From the NCBI GenBank assembly GCA_963712745.1, contig CAVQJC010000017.1, positions 288,001 through 352,000 of the forward strand: DNA of 64,000 nucleotides, in the 5' to 3' direction. A program made the translations under genes and the position numbers. Numbering within the stretch: the stretch's first letter is position 1; each line of letters starts with the position of its first letter. This document shows, piece after piece, positions 9,161 to 19,936 of this stretch. Below the pieces are notes generated by a model. It saw only the letters and a list, made by a program, of their open reading frames with translations. It was not told where the DNA came from and ran no database searches. Origin of the DNA: an uncultured Chloroflexia bacterium. GTDB lineage: Bacteria; Chloroflexota; Limnocylindria; Limnocylindrales; CSP1-4.

Positions 9161-9291
9161 ATGCCGAGCGGCCTGCCGCAGCCGGGTCATGCGGCCCCAC
9201 CGCACCGTCCGAGTGGCCGAATGGCCTGCCGCACACCGCCGTTCGGCGGCGACACCGCCGAACGGCCCGTCGCGCGCATGTCCATCGGCCC
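9161..9291. promoter_or_regulatory. Array of ~6 DosR/DevR-like 14-bp palindromic boxes in the hypA / hydrogenase divergent promoter
   Basis: GGGTCATGCGGCCC 9184, TGGCCGAATGGCCT 9214, CCGCCGTTCGGCGG 9236, CCGCCGAACGGCCC 9255, ATGTCCATCGGCCC 9278, ATGCCGAGCGGCCT 9161. Confidence 0.45.
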
Positions 9292-9326
9292 TGTGGACCC
9301 GCTCACGACCGGTGCAACGTGGCTGG

Positions 9327-9809
9327 ATGACCGACTTCGCCACGTTGGCCTCCGGGATCAGCGCCACGTGGTTCGGCTCCGGGCTGTCGGAGGGCTCCGT
9401 GGAGCGCCTCGCCGGCATGGCCCGTGAGTACGAAACACCGGCTCGGGCGCGCCTTCTCCGGGAGGGCGACGAAACCAAGGAGCTCAGCGTCCTCGTCGAG
9501 GGACGCGTGGCATTGACCGAGCACGTCGCCGGGCGTGGCTCGGTCACCCTCATGACCGTCGAACCGGGCGACGTGTTCGGCTGGTCCGCACTCATCAACC
9601 CCTACAAGGCCACCTCTACGGTGGTCAGCCTGGAGCCCGTGAAGGTCCTCGCCTTCGACGCGGCTGCCCTCCGCGACGAGGTCCGCTCCAACTGCGAGCT
9701 GGCCGCGGGCATCTATCCCAGGCTCCTCGAGGCGCTGGCTCGCCGGCTCGGTGCCACGCGCCACCAGCTGCTCGACCTCTACGGGTCCGAACAGCGCGAA
9801 TCCTGGTAG
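9327..9809 (+). CDS. Cyclic nucleotide-binding (cNMP) domain protein of the group 3b hydrogenase operon
   Basis: 'LLREGD...LVEGRV...GDVFGWSAL'; ends 'RHQLLDLYG'; no HTH. Confidence 0.85.
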   Translation: MTDFATLASGISATWFGSGLSEGSVERLAGMAREYETPARARLLREGDETKELSVLVEGRVALTEHVAGRGSVTLMTVEPGDVFGWSALINPYKATSTVVSLEPVKVLAFDAAALRDEVRSNCELAAGIYPRLLEALARRLGATRHQLLDLYGSEQRESW

Positions 9810-9897
9810 TCGTGTCGGTCGTCCAGGCCGGCTGAACCCAGGTTCCCCCACAACCAAAGAAACGGAGAGCTGGAAACAGCAAGGAGGGAGCCTGGCT

Positions 9898-11874
9898 GTG
9901 ATCGATCTGACCACAAGGGCGTGGCTCGCCCGCGAAGACCTTGACCGCCTCATCGCGCTGCTGCGCGAGGACGGCCGCAAGGTCGTCGGGCCCACGGTGC
10001 AGGACTCGGCCATCGTCTACGACGAGATCGGGTCCACGGCCGACCTGCCCACGGGCATCACCGACGAGCAGGCGCCGGGCCGCTACCGGCTGGAGCGCGA
10101 CACGAACGACAGCTCTGAACGGTCGTTCGACTTTGCCTCCTCGCCCATGTCGTGGAAGTCGTTCACCTATCCCGCTTCCGTGCCCCTCGCCCGCGCCCAT
10201 CGCGACGGCGACGCGCTGACCTACGACCACATCAAGCATGACGCCCCGCGCATGGCCTACCTCGGCGTCCGCGCCTGCGACCTGGCTGCCCTCGACATCC
10301 ACGACGACGTGCTTGCCGGCGGGCCCTATATCGACGAGGACTACGCCGACCGCCGGGGCAAGGCTTTCATCGTGGCAGTCCAGTGCGCGCGCCCGGCGAG
10401 CACCTGCTTCTGCGCTTCGATGGGCACCGGTCCGGAGGTGAGCACCGGCTTCGATGTCGCCCTCATCGAACTCGACGAGGGCTATGTGGCCAGGGCCGGC
10501 AGTGAGGCCGGCCAGGATCTGCTTGAGCAGCTCGAGTTGGGCGAGGCCACGTCGATCCAGATGCACGCGGCGGCCGGCGTGGGCGTGGAGTCCCGCGCCC
10601 GCATGAGCGAACAGCTCGGAGTGCACACCGAGGGCCTACGCGACCGGCTCATGAAACAGCTCGAAGCGAAGGGCTGGGACGATATCGCCGAGCGCTGCCT
10701 GGCCTGCACCAACTGCACCATGGCCTGCCCCACCTGCTTCTGCACTGACGTCCGCCAGACGTCCGACCTGGCCGGTACCGAGACGACGAGCGAGCGCCAG
10801 TGGGCCAGCTGCTTCACGCTCGACTTCGCGCGCGTTGCCCACGGCAACTTCCGACCTCGCGTGCGCGACCGCTACCGCCAGTGGCTGACCCACAAGTTCA
10901 GTACCTGGGTCGACCAGTTCGGAACCTTCGGCTGCGTCGGCTGCGGCCGCTGCATCACCTGGTGCCCGGTGGGCATCGATGTGCGCAAGTCGCTGCTGGC
11001 CGTGGCCCCGATGAAGCCGTCGCTGGCCGGGACTGAGAAGCCGGTGCCGGTCTCGGCCAACCCCGGTCGCTACTCGATCGGCACCATCGCCGACGTCTGG
11101 GCAGAGAACAGGAACGTCTACACCATGACCCTCACTGACCTGCCCGAGGCGGTCTGCTCCGGCACGCCGGGCCAGTTCCTGATGCTCGATCTGCCGGGCT
11201 TCAGTGCCGTGCCCATCTCGGTCTCGCGCTACCGGGAAGGCGAGGTCTACCTCACCATCCGCACCGAGGGTGCGACCACGCGCGCGATCACCGCCCTGCG
11301 CCCCGGCTCCCAGCTGGGGTTGCGCGGTCCGGTCGGGCGTGGTTGGCCCATCGAGGAGGCCTTCGGCCGCGATGTCGTCATCGTGGCCGGGGGGATCGGG
11401 CTGCCCCCTCTCCGGCCCCTCATCGACGAGATCCTCAAGTCACGCGGCCACTTCGGGCGGGTGCGCCTGTTCTACGGCGCCCGCACCCCCAACGATCTGC
11501 TCTTCACCGAGGAGTTGAAGGCCTGGGGTGCACGCCAGGACATCAGCGTGGGCGTGACCGTCGACCGCGCCCAGGTGGGCACCTGGGCGGGCGCGGTGGG
11601 CGTGGTCACCCAGCTCTTCGACCGCGAGCCCATGGACGGCAGCCACACCACGGCCTTTATCTGCGGCCCCCAGACGATGATGTCGGCCACGGCCAACTCG
11701 CTAGCCGGCCGGGGCATCCTGCCCGAGCGCATCTTCCTCTCGATGGAGCGGCACATGCAGTGCGGCATCGGACTCTGTGGGCACTGCCAGATGGGCCAGA
11801 ACTTCGTGTGCAAGGACGGGCCGGTGTTCTCCCGCAGAGAACTGGGTGAATCGCTGGACGTGGAGGGTCTGTGA
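9898..11874 (+). CDS. Group 3b [NiFe]-hydrogenase (sulfhydrogenase) fused beta (4Fe-4S) and gamma (FAD/NAD(P), 2Fe-2S) subunit
   Basis: Beta motifs [16 protein letters not shown] and [12 protein letters not shown]; gamma motifs [26 protein letters not shown]...VC; GTG start after GGAGGGAG. Confidence 0.9.
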   Translation: MIDLTTRAWLAREDLDRLIALLREDGRKVVGPTVQDSAIVYDEIGSTADLPTGITDEQAPGRYRLERDTNDSSERSFDFASSPMSWKSFTYPASVPLARAHRDGDALTYDHIKHDAPRMAYLGVRACDLAALDIHDDVLAGGPYIDEDYADRRGKAFIVAVQCARPASTCFCASMGTGPEVSTGFDVALIELDEGYVARAGSEAGQDLLEQLELGEATSIQMHAAAGVGVESRARMSEQLGVHTEGLRDRLMKQLEAKGWDDIAERCLACTNCTMACPTCFCTDVRQTSDLAGTETTSERQWASCFTLDFARVAHGNFRPRVRDRYRQWLTHKFSTWVDQFGTFGCVGCGRCITWCPVGIDVRKSLLAVAPMKPSLAGTEKPVPVSANPGRYSIGTIADVWAENRNVYTMTLTDLPEAVCSGTPGQFLMLDLPGFSAVPISVSRYREGEVYLTIRTEGATTRAITALRPGSQLGLRGPVGRGWPIEEAFGRDVVIVAGGIGLPPLRPLIDEILKSRGHFGRVRLFYGARTPNDLLFTEELKAWGARQDISVGVTVDRAQVGTWAGAVGVVTQLFDREPMDGSHTTAFICGPQTMMSATANSLAGRGILPERIFLSMERHMQCGIGLCGHCQMGQNFVCKDGPVFSRRELGESLDVEGL

Positions 11875-12728
11875 TGGCGGCCGACGGGAACAAGGCCCCG
11901 CGCGTGGGGGTCGTCAAGCTCGCCTCGTGTGACGGCTGCCAGCTGGGCTTCCTGGACCTGGGGCCGGCGCTGCTCGACATCGGCGCCACCTACCACATCG
12001 TGGAGTTCGCAGAGGCCTCGTCGAGCCGCGCGCCTGACGGGCCCTTCGACATCCTCTTCGTGGAGGGCTCGGTCTCGACCGTCGAGCAGGCCCGCCACAT
12101 CCGCCGCCTGCGTGAGCGGGCCGCGGTGCTCGTGACCATCGGTGCCTGCGCCACCAGCGGCGGCATCCAGGCCCTGCGGGCCTGGGCCGGCAACGACGGT
12201 GGCATCGCCGGCTTCGTGGACGCCGTCTACGCCACACCCGAGTACATCTCCACGCTGGAGCGGGCGCAGCCGGTGGCCGACTTCGTCGAGGTCGACGCCG
12301 AGCTGCGGGGTTGCCCCATCGACACCGGCCAGCTGGTGGAGCTGCTCACGGCCACGGCCATCGGCCGCCGGCCGCAGCTGTCCTCCGAAGCGGTGTGTGT
12401 GGAGTGCAAGCGTGCAGGCCGGGTGTGCGTGATGGTCGCGCGCGGCGAACCCTGCCTGGGCCCCATCATCTCAAGTGGCTGCAACGCGCTCTGCCCGGGC
12501 ATGGCACGCGGCTGCTACGGCTGCTTCGGCCCGCGCGAGAGCGCCAACGGGGCCTCGCTCTCAGGTTGGTTCGGCGACTCGCTGGAGCTGCCTGACGAGC
12601 AGGTCGCCGCCAAGTTCGCCGTCTTCACGGCCTGGGCGCCGGAGTTGCGCGAGGTCATCGAGGCGAGGGGAGGGCCGCCCGGCATGCGTGCCGACAAGGC
12701 TCAGAGCGGCGAAGGAGGTGCGGCATGA
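11871..12728 (+). CDS. Group 3b hydrogenase small (delta) subunit
   Basis: 'ASCDGCQ', 'VEGS', 'GACA', 'GCP', 'CVEC...CLGP...C...CP...CYGC'. Confidence 0.93.
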   Translation: MMAADGNKAPRVGVVKLASCDGCQLGFLDLGPALLDIGATYHIVEFAEASSSRAPDGPFDILFVEGSVSTVEQARHIRRLRERAAVLVTIGACATSGGIQALRAWAGNDGGIAGFVDAVYATPEYISTLERAQPVADFVEVDAELRGCPIDTGQLVELLTATAIGRRPQLSSEAVCVECKRAGRVCVMVARGEPCLGPIISSGCNALCPGMARGCYGCFGPRESANGASLSGWFGDSLELPDEQVAAKFAVFTAWAPELREVIEARGGPPGMRADKAQSGEGGAA

Positions 12729-14053
12729 CCCGCGTGAAGGCGACCGAGACGATCTCGGTGCCCGAGGAGCGCACCTTCGCGGTCGATTCGATGTCCCGGG
12801 TCGAAGGCGAGGGTCGGCTCAAGGTGGTGGTCAGGGGCGACGAGGTCGTCTCGGCCGAGCTCTCGATCTTCGAAGCTCCGCGCTTCTTCGAGCGGCTGGT
12901 GGTGGGCCGGGAGCCCGACCAGGTCATCGACATGGTCGCCCGCATCTGCGGCATCTGCCCGGTGGCCTACCAGATGACCGCGGCAGAAAGCTTCGAGCGG
13001 CTCTTCGGGGTGGAGCTCGATCCATCGGTGCGAGCGCTGCGGCGGCTGTTCTACTGGGGCGAGTGGCTGCAGAGCCACGCCCTGCACGTCTACCTGCTAA
13101 ACGCGCCCGACTTCCTCGGTTACGACAGCGCCATCGACATGGCCCGCGACCACCGCAAGATCGTGGAGCGGGGCCTGGCTCTCAAGCAGGCCGGCGTCGA
13201 CATCATGGCCCTCATCGGTGGTCGGTCGGTCCATCCGGTCGGCATGCGCGTGGGCGGCTTCTATCGAGTGCCCTCGAAGTCCAAGCTGCGGGCCATGCTG
13301 CCGGGGCTCGAGACGGCCCTGGCCCAGGCGCAGGAGACGGTGCACTGGACGGCCTCGTTCGAACTGCCCGACTTCGAGCGCGATCCGCTCATGCTCTCGA
13401 TGTACGACCCGGAGTTGTACGCCCTCGACACCGGCCGGCTGGTCACCACCGAGGGCCTCGACGTCGATCCCGGCGAATGGGACTCGGCCTTCACCGAGCA
13501 GCATGTCGAGCACTCCACCGCGCTGCAGGCCACCAGCCTCGATGGCAAGCACCATCTGCTGGGCCCGGCCTCACGTGTCGTGCTATCCGGCCAGGGCCTG
13601 CACCCGCTGGCCAAGGCCGCGCTGGAGGAGGCCGGCGGCGAAGAGACGATCCGCCGCAACATGTTCGCGGCCATCACCGCGCGTGGCGTGGAGATGGTGC
13701 ACGCCGCCGCGGAGGCCATGGCCATCGTCGAGGCCTGGGAGCCGCCGACGGACCCGTACGTGGAGTGGGAGCCACGGTCGGGCGTCGCCTCGTGGGCCAC
13801 CGAGGCGCCGCGTGGCGTGCTCTTCCACCGCTACGATGTGGACGAGGACGGGCGCGTGACCAAGGCGCGCATCGTGCCGCCGACCTCGCAGAACCAGGCC
13901 TTCATGGAGGACGACATGCGCGAGTTCGTGCCCTCGGTCCTCGACCTGCCCGAGCCGGAGGCCGCGGCCAGGCTGGAGGCGCTCATCCGCTGCTATGACC
14001 CCTGCATCAGCTGCGCCACGCACTTCCTGCGCCTGGAGATCGAGCGCGTCTAG
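12725..14053 (+). CDS. Group 3b [NiFe]-hydrogenase large (alpha) subunit
   Basis: 'RVEGEG', L1 RICGIC, 'EAPRG', 'PPTSQN', L2 DPCISCATH with a C-terminal extension. Confidence 0.96.
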   Translation: MTRVKATETISVPEERTFAVDSMSRVEGEGRLKVVVRGDEVVSAELSIFEAPRFFERLVVGREPDQVIDMVARICGICPVAYQMTAAESFERLFGVELDPSVRALRRLFYWGEWLQSHALHVYLLNAPDFLGYDSAIDMARDHRKIVERGLALKQAGVDIMALIGGRSVHPVGMRVGGFYRVPSKSKLRAMLPGLETALAQAQETVHWTASFELPDFERDPLMLSMYDPELYALDTGRLVTTEGLDVDPGEWDSAFTEQHVEHSTALQATSLDGKHHLLGPASRVVLSGQGLHPLAKAALEEAGGEETIRRNMFAAITARGVEMVHAAAEAMAIVEAWEPPTDPYVEWEPRSGVASWATEAPRGVLFHRYDVDEDGRVTKARIVPPTSQNQAFMEDDMREFVPSVLDLPEPEAAARLEALIRCYDPCISCATHFLRLEIERV

Positions 14054-14118
14054 TGGCCGGCCGCTCGTGGTGATTCGCTAGTGGCCAGCGCGCGGCGGCT
14101 CCCCGACGGCCTCGTGGG

Positions 14119-14742
14119 GTGACCAGCCGCGTGGTCGTGTTCGCCTGCGGTGATCCCCTGCGGGGCGACGATTCGGTGGCTCATGTGGCCTGCCGGGCGT
14201 TGCCGCCGGAGGCCCTGGCGCGCGTGGACATCAAGCTCGTCGGCGCGCTGCAGCCCGAGTACCTGCGGGACCTGCCGGCGGGGGTGCGCGCGGTCATCGT
14301 CGATGCCGTCGTCGGTCCGTCCCCGGGCCAGATCGTGGAGATGCTGCTCTCGGAGATGAGTGGCCGCGCGGAGTCGGTCATCACCACCTCCACACACCAG
14401 CTGCCGCTCGACGAGGTCGTGGCCCTGGCGCAGCTGCTCCGCGACGAGCCCGTTCAGGGGCGTTTCGTGGGCATGGGCATCGAATTGGTCGAGGTCGGCG
14501 AGCACGTGACGCCGTCGGTGGAGTCGTCCCTGGCCGCCCTCACCGCGGCCGTGGCACGGGCGGTGGCAGAGCTCGACCCCGGCGACAGAGATCGAGCTCG
14601 GGAAGGTCATCGCGTCGGAGGCGTGGGTGCCGGTCCGAGGCCGCTAGCGTCGCCTCCATGCGCCTCGATCAGATCCCCGAGTGCCTCCCAGTCTTCCGCG
14701 TCCACGTCGGCGTCGTCGTCCAGGTCGAGGCGCGGGTCGTAG
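14119..14742 (+). CDS. Hydrogenase maturation protease
   Basis: 'GDPLRGDD', 'VIVDAV', 'STHQL'; 3' end uncertain (overlaps the convergent gene). Confidence 0.85.
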   Translation: MTSRVVVFACGDPLRGDDSVAHVACRALPPEALARVDIKLVGALQPEYLRDLPAGVRAVIVDAVVGPSPGQIVEMLLSEMSGRAESVITTSTHQLPLDEVVALAQLLRDEPVQGRFVGMGIELVEVGEHVTPSVESSLAALTAAVARAVAELDPGDRDRAREGHRVGGVGAGPRPLASPPCASIRSPSASQSSASTSASSSRSRRGS

Positions 14743-15903
14743 CCGCCTGTCAGGAACGTCCCGAATGCGGCTCCCGCATCCTTGGTCGTGACCATGCCGT
14801 CTCGGTTGAAGTCGCCCAGGATCTCGCCCTCGGGCGGGATCGGCGCCCAGCCGCTCCTCGACCTGCCGGATGCGGGCGCTGCGCTCGACGTCTTCGGGCT
14901 CGGGATCGACGACGTCGACGTCGTTCGCGAGCAGCCGGAAGAGCTCGGCGTCGTCGGCGTCGAGGCTTCGGTCGCCGGTCAGGTCGAGCCGCCCGTCGAA
15001 GCCGGGGTCCGTACTGCCGAGGGGCGGTTCTCCCTCGCCCGGAAGCCCGCCCTCGAGGATCGCCTGGTCCGTCTCGTCGATGAGGCCGTCGCCGTTCATG
15101 TCGTGGAAGAACGGGTCGTCGTACGGCCCGCGGGCTCCCTGCAGCGAGGGCAGCGTGCCGCCGATGGCGGTCGTCAGCTGGGCGCCGAGGAAGATCAGGT
15201 CGCCGGGGACATCTGCGGGGAAGGCCTGGAACTCCAGCACCACGGTGGGTCCCAGCAGCGCGCGCCGGACCAGTGGCGCACCCGGGTCGATGTTCACCGA
15301 CTCGATGGGCACCGTCGTGCAGCCGTCGTCGAGCCCATCGGGCTCCTCGTTCGGGCCCAGCCGCGAGCCGTCGAGCAGCGGGCAGCCCCAGGCCACCAGC
15401 CGGATCACGCCGCCCTCGCCGATGGTGGCGTCCTCGGGTTGCACGTACAGCCGCTGCTCGCTCGCTGACGAGGCGCTGCCGCCTGATCGGTCGGGCGGCT
15501 CGTTGATGGTGACGGTGGTGGTGCCCTCGGCCTTGCCTTGCTTGACGGTCAGCGTGTAGGTCCCCGGCCTCTTGCCCTCGACCACCGACTGGGCGCCCTT
15601 CTTCGCGCCCAGCGTGAGGCCCTTCTTGGGCATGACCTGCCACCTGGCCTTCCTGGCGTCCTTGCAGCCAGTGCCGTCCGCGTTGCAGATGCTCGCCCAG
15701 AGGCTGCGACGTTGGCCCACCAGCATGATGTGATCGGCCGGGTCGACCATGATGATCTTGGCCGCCCTGGGTTCGCTGGCCTTCTCGGAGGCTCCCTCGC
15801 CGGGTAGATGCTGGCTGGCCTGCGCGGCGCTGCCCATCGCCAACACGGCTACGAAGGCCAGGCCAGCGGCCGCTCTCCACGGGTTCTGGGGTCGAGTGCT
15901 CAT
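14607..15903 (-). CDS. Secreted protein with Ig-like and dockerin/EF-hand (DxNxDG) repeats; frameshift near 14843
   Basis: Signal peptide; DMNGDGLIDETD, DLTGDRSLDADD; after a +1 shift GDFNRDGMVTTKD and DLDDDADVDAED continue to the stop at 14607. Confidence 0.65.
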
Positions 15904-16031
15904 GGGTCCTCCCGCCGGTCTCGTCGCCCCCACGCCTGGCGTCAGTATCGCCAACGGCGTCAACGCTGCCTTGAGACGCTGCCTTGACGCCGGCCTTGAC
16001 ACCACGAGCGCCGCCCATCCACGCTGAGCCG

Positions 16032-17354
16032 ATGCCTGACGTTCGCTTCGCCCGGAGCGGTGATATCTCTGTCGCCTACGCAGTCAACGGCGACGGTCCC
16101 ATCGACATCGTCTATGTCCAGGGCGCCTACTCCCACCTCGAGGTCTGGTGGGATCTGCCGCCGTTCCGCGCGTTTTGCGAGCGCATCGGCGAGTTCGCCC
16201 GGCTCATCCGGTTCGACAAGCGTGGCATGGGCATGTCCGACCGGGTCCCCGGCGCGACCACGCTCGAGGAGCGCATGGACGACATCCGCGCGGTGATGGA
16301 CGCGGTCGGCAGCGAGCGAGCAGCGCTCATCGGCGAGTCCGAAGGTGGGCCCCTGGCGATGCTGTTTGCGGCCGCGCACCCGGAACGCACCCGAGCCCTC
16401 ATCCTGCAGGGCGCCGAGGTGCGTGAGCGGACCGATGACGAGTGGCCCTGGGGCGAGAACACTGCGGAGGAGTTCGAGGCCGCCATCGCGGCAATCCCCG
16501 ATCGATGGGCTCAGGGTCGCTCGTTCCAGCACCTGGTGCCGAGCATCGGCGACGCCGAGTGGGGCCGCGAGTTTCTGGCGCGCTTGCAGCGCAATGCCGC
16601 CACGCCCAGTGCCTGGGAGGCCTTCGCGCGGATGGCCTTCGACATCGACGTCCGCCACGTCGCCCCGGCCATCAACGTGCCCACGCTCATCTTCCACGCG
16701 GTCGATGACCGAGTCTGTCACGTCGAGAATGCCCGCTTCCTCGCGCGCACCATCCCCCATGCCCAGTACGTGGAGCGTGACGGGGCCGATCACCTGCCGT
16801 GGGCAGAGGACGCCGACGGTTTCATCGCCGAGCTCCGCGGATTCCTGACCGGCGAGCGCGAGTCGGTCGACGCCGACCGCGTTCTCGCGACCATCCTCTT
16901 CACCGACATCGTGGGTTCGACCGACGGTGCGGCCACGCTCGGTGACCGCCGTTGGCGCGAGGTGCTCGCACAGCATCACCGCATCGTGCGGGGGGCAGTC
17001 GAGCGCCATGCCGGGCACGAGGTGGACATGGCCGGTGACGGCATCCTGGCCACCTTCGACGGTCCGGCCCGCGCCATCCGTTGCGCCCAGGCTATCCAGC
17101 GCGAGACCGCACCGCTGGGGCTGCAGGTTCGCGCTGGAGTGCATACGGGAGAGATCGAGCGGATGGGCGATGGGGTCGCCGGCATCGCCGTCCACGTGGG
17201 GTCGCGGGTGGCCTCAGCCGCGGGACCGGGAGAGGTCTGGGTATCGTCCATCGTGCCGCAGCTCACGGCCGGTAGCGGCATCGCGTACCAGGAACGAGGC
17301 GTCCACCAGCTCAAGGGTGTGGACGAGGAGCAGCGCCTCTACTCGGTAGCATGA
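16032..17354 (+). CDS. Alpha/beta hydrolase-adenylate/guanylate cyclase fusion (LipJ-like)
   Basis: 'FDKRGMGMSDR', 'GESEGG'; cyclase 'LFTDIVGST', 'AGDG', 'RAGVHTGE', 'LKG'. Confidence 0.93.
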   Translation: MPDVRFARSGDISVAYAVNGDGPIDIVYVQGAYSHLEVWWDLPPFRAFCERIGEFARLIRFDKRGMGMSDRVPGATTLEERMDDIRAVMDAVGSERAALIGESEGGPLAMLFAAAHPERTRALILQGAEVRERTDDEWPWGENTAEEFEAAIAAIPDRWAQGRSFQHLVPSIGDAEWGREFLARLQRNAATPSAWEAFARMAFDIDVRHVAPAINVPTLIFHAVDDRVCHVENARFLARTIPHAQYVERDGADHLPWAEDADGFIAELRGFLTGERESVDADRVLATILFTDIVGSTDGAATLGDRRWREVLAQHHRIVRGAVERHAGHEVDMAGDGILATFDGPARAIRCAQAIQRETAPLGLQVRAGVHTGEIERMGDGVAGIAVHVGSRVASAAGPGEVWVSSIVPQLTAGSGIAYQERGVHQLKGVDEEQRLYSVA

Positions 17355-17621
17355 CTGACTGCGACCATGAGAGCGCGACGTCGACGTGCCGGGAGGCCGT
17401 TCCGCCACGGGTGGCGCCGCGAAGGGATGGCGGCTGGATGCGCCCTCGCGCCCGATGGCCCTTGACCCCGTCGTACCATTGTGTCGCCCAGTGATCCCGG
17501 CTCCCGCCGGGCAGGCTTTGGAGGAGGCGTGGGCGATAGGCACGGTCCGTGCGGATTGGGAGACGCGCGGTTGCGGGTCTGCCGTTGACGTGCTCCTCTC
17601 GCAACGAAAGGAGCAACCCAT

Positions 17622-18917
17622 ATGAGCTTGGGCAAGCGCGCATTCGGCATCGGCATGACCGTCGCGCTGACTGCATCGCTCTTCGGCGGTGCCGTCACAG
17701 CACAGGACGACGTCGTGATGCTCTCGACGCAGTTCAACATCGAAGATGAAATGCAGAAGCTGAACGACAACATCCTTTCCGGATCGCCGGTGGGCGTCGA
17801 GTACGTCGGCAGCGAGTCCGGGCCTTTCATCGACACCATCCGCGCAGAGGCTGAGAGTGGCTCCGGCGATGTCAGCATCGCGGCCGCACTTCATGGTGAG
17901 CTTTCGACGCTCGGCTCCGAAGGCCTGCTCCTGGACCTCACCGACCTGGCTGCCGAGGTCGACGTCGCTCCGGCGTTCATGGAGCTCGGCAAGCTGGGCA
18001 CGGACCAGCAGTGGTATATCCCCTGGATCCAGGCCACCTACATCATGGCCGCCCGCACCGAGGCCCTCGAGTACCTGCCCGAGGGTGCGGACATCAACGC
18101 CCTCTCCTGGGACGACGTCATGCAGTGGGGCATGAACCTCCAAGAGGCGACAGGCGAGCGTCTGCTCGGCTTCCCCTTTGGCGCGGATGGCCTCCGGCAC
18201 CGTCTCCTCCAGGGCTACCTGTACCCGTCGTTCACGGGCAAGGTGAACAACGAGTTCGCGACCCAGGCGGGCGTGGACATGTGGAACTGGCTGTCCGAGC
18301 TGTGGCCCTATGTGAACCCGCAGTCGACGACCTACAGCTTCATGCAGGAGCCTCTGCAGAGTGGGGAAGTCTGGGTGGCCTGGGACCACACGGCCCGCCT
18401 GATCGATGCACTCAACGCCGATCCGGAGGGCTTCGTGGCCTTCCCGGTCCCGGCCGGTCCCGCGGGCCGAGCGTTCATGCCGGTCATCGCCGGTCTGTCC
18501 ATCCCGGCCACCGCTCCTGACCCCGAAGGGGCCATGGAAGCCATCAAGTACCTGCTGGAGCCCTCGACGCAGGGCCTGACCCTGGCCAACGTCAGCTTCT
18601 TCCCGGTCGCCGCCGGCGAGGTCAAGGCAGACGTGGGCCCCGGTGTGCAGGCACAGATGGCTGCCATCAGCGGCCAGTCCGGTGCTCCGGATGCGCTGCC
18701 GGCGCTGCTGCCGATCGGCCTTGGTGATCAGGGTGGTGCCTACAGTGGTGTCTTCCAGGACGCCCTCAAGGCCATCATCGTCGACGGGGGCGACCCCGCC
18801 GAGGTGACAGCAGACCTGGCTCCGACGCTGCAGGCGATCTTCGACAGCGAGAACGCGCCGTGCTGGTCGCCCGACGAGGTCGTTCCAGGCGAGCCCTGCG
18901 TGGTCGGCACCCCGTAA
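17622..18917 (+). CDS. Carbohydrate ABC transporter substrate-binding protein
   Basis: Signal peptide; first gene of a CUT1 operon; AAGGAG RBS. Confidence 0.88.
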   Translation: MSLGKRAFGIGMTVALTASLFGGAVTAQDDVVMLSTQFNIEDEMQKLNDNILSGSPVGVEYVGSESGPFIDTIRAEAESGSGDVSIAAALHGELSTLGSEGLLLDLTDLAAEVDVAPAFMELGKLGTDQQWYIPWIQATYIMAARTEALEYLPEGADINALSWDDVMQWGMNLQEATGERLLGFPFGADGLRHRLLQGYLYPSFTGKVNNEFATQAGVDMWNWLSELWPYVNPQSTTYSFMQEPLQSGEVWVAWDHTARLIDALNADPEGFVAFPVPAGPAGRAFMPVIAGLSIPATAPDPEGAMEAIKYLLEPSTQGLTLANVSFFPVAAGEVKADVGPGVQAQMAAISGQSGAPDALPALLPIGLGDQGGAYSGVFQDALKAIIVDGGDPAEVTADLAPTLQAIFDSENAPCWSPDEVVPGEPCVVGTP

Positions 18918-18962
18918 CCGTCTTCGCACCCAGCGGTGTGTGACCTCGGCCACGCACCATCT

Positions 18963-18996
18963 GTATCGGGCGGCCTGCTGAGAGGTCGCCCGATAC
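18963..18996 (+). other. Intercistronic stem-loop after the SBP gene, followed by a 21-bp direct duplication of the RBS region (19012-19053)
   Basis: GTATCGGGCGGCCT...AGGTCGCCCGATAC hairpin; GCGGAGGAGCGACGCCACTGA x2. Confidence 0.6.
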
Positions 18997-19054
18997 GCAA
19001 CCATCGCCAGCGCGGAGGAGCGACGCCACTGAGCGGAGGAGCGACGCCACTGAT

Positions 19055-19936
19055 ATGACTGCACAGACGGTGGAGTACACCGGGAAGCGGAAGCGCAACT
19101 GGGCGCCGTACATCCTGCTGGCACCCTCGCTCGTGTTCCTCGTGTTCTTCTTCGCCACGCCGATGTTCTCGTCGTTCTTGCTGGCGTTCCAGACCCCCGA
19201 CGGAGCCTGGTCGCTCGAGTCGATCCGGACGATGGTGGACGATGTCAACTTCTGGCCGGCGATCAGCGCCACGCTGACGCTGGTCATCATCGTCATCCCC
19301 ATCCAGTTGGCGCTGGCCATGGCCATGGCTCTCATCGTGAACAAGCGCCTCAAGGGGACGAGCCTGTGGCTCTACATCTACGTCCTGCCCCTCGCCATCA
19401 GTGAGCTCGCGGCAGGCATCGTGTGGGTCTCGATCTTCACCCAGAAGGGCTGGCTCAACAGCATCCTCGAGACGCTCGGCATCGTCGAGCGGGGGATCAT
19501 CTGGCAGTCGGCCGAGTCGTACTGGACGCTCATCGCCATCATCGTCGTGGCGGAGATGTGGCGCGCCACATCGATCATGATGATCATCCTGGTGGCCGGC
19601 CTGCAGTCCATCCCCGATGAATACGTCGAGGCGGCTGAGGTCTACGGCGCCACGCTCTGGCAGCGCGTGCGACGGGTCATCATGCCCATGCTTCGACCCA
19701 GCCTCCAGGTGGCGCTCATCCTGCGCATCGTCCTGGCCCTCCAGGTCTTCGCCACGGCCATCGCATTGGCTGGCACAGGCCTGACGGTGATGTCGCAGCA
19801 GACCTTCGAATGGGCCTACACCGTCGACAACGACAATGTCGCCGCGGCCTGGGCCGGGATGATGCTGCTGATGAGCATCATCGCCACCATCGGCGTGCTG
19901 TGGATGCTGCCGGTGAAGGATGAGCAGCAGGTATGA
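19055..19936 (+). CDS. Carbohydrate ABC transporter permease
   Basis: EAA motif 'LQSIPDEYVEAAEVYGA'. Confidence 0.93.
   Translation: MTAQTVEYTGKRKRNWAPYILLAPSLVFLVFFFATPMFSSFLLAFQTPDGAWSLESIRTMVDDVNFWPAISATLTLVIIVIPIQLALAMAMALIVNKRLKGTSLWLYIYVLPLAISELAAGIVWVSIFTQKGWLNSILETLGIVERGIIWQSAESYWTLIAIIVVAEMWRATSIMMIILVAGLQSIPDEYVEAAEVYGATLWQRVRRVIMPMLRPSLQVALILRIVLALQVFATAIALAGTGLTVMSQQTFEWAYTVDNDNVAAAWAGMMLLMSIIATIGVLWMLPVKDEQQV

Noticed and set aside
17214-19124. Large antisense ORFs (also 20527..21891, 33913..35364, 59756..61717 and similar)
   Set aside because: Shadow frames of well-supported genes in high-GC DNA with no recognisable motifs
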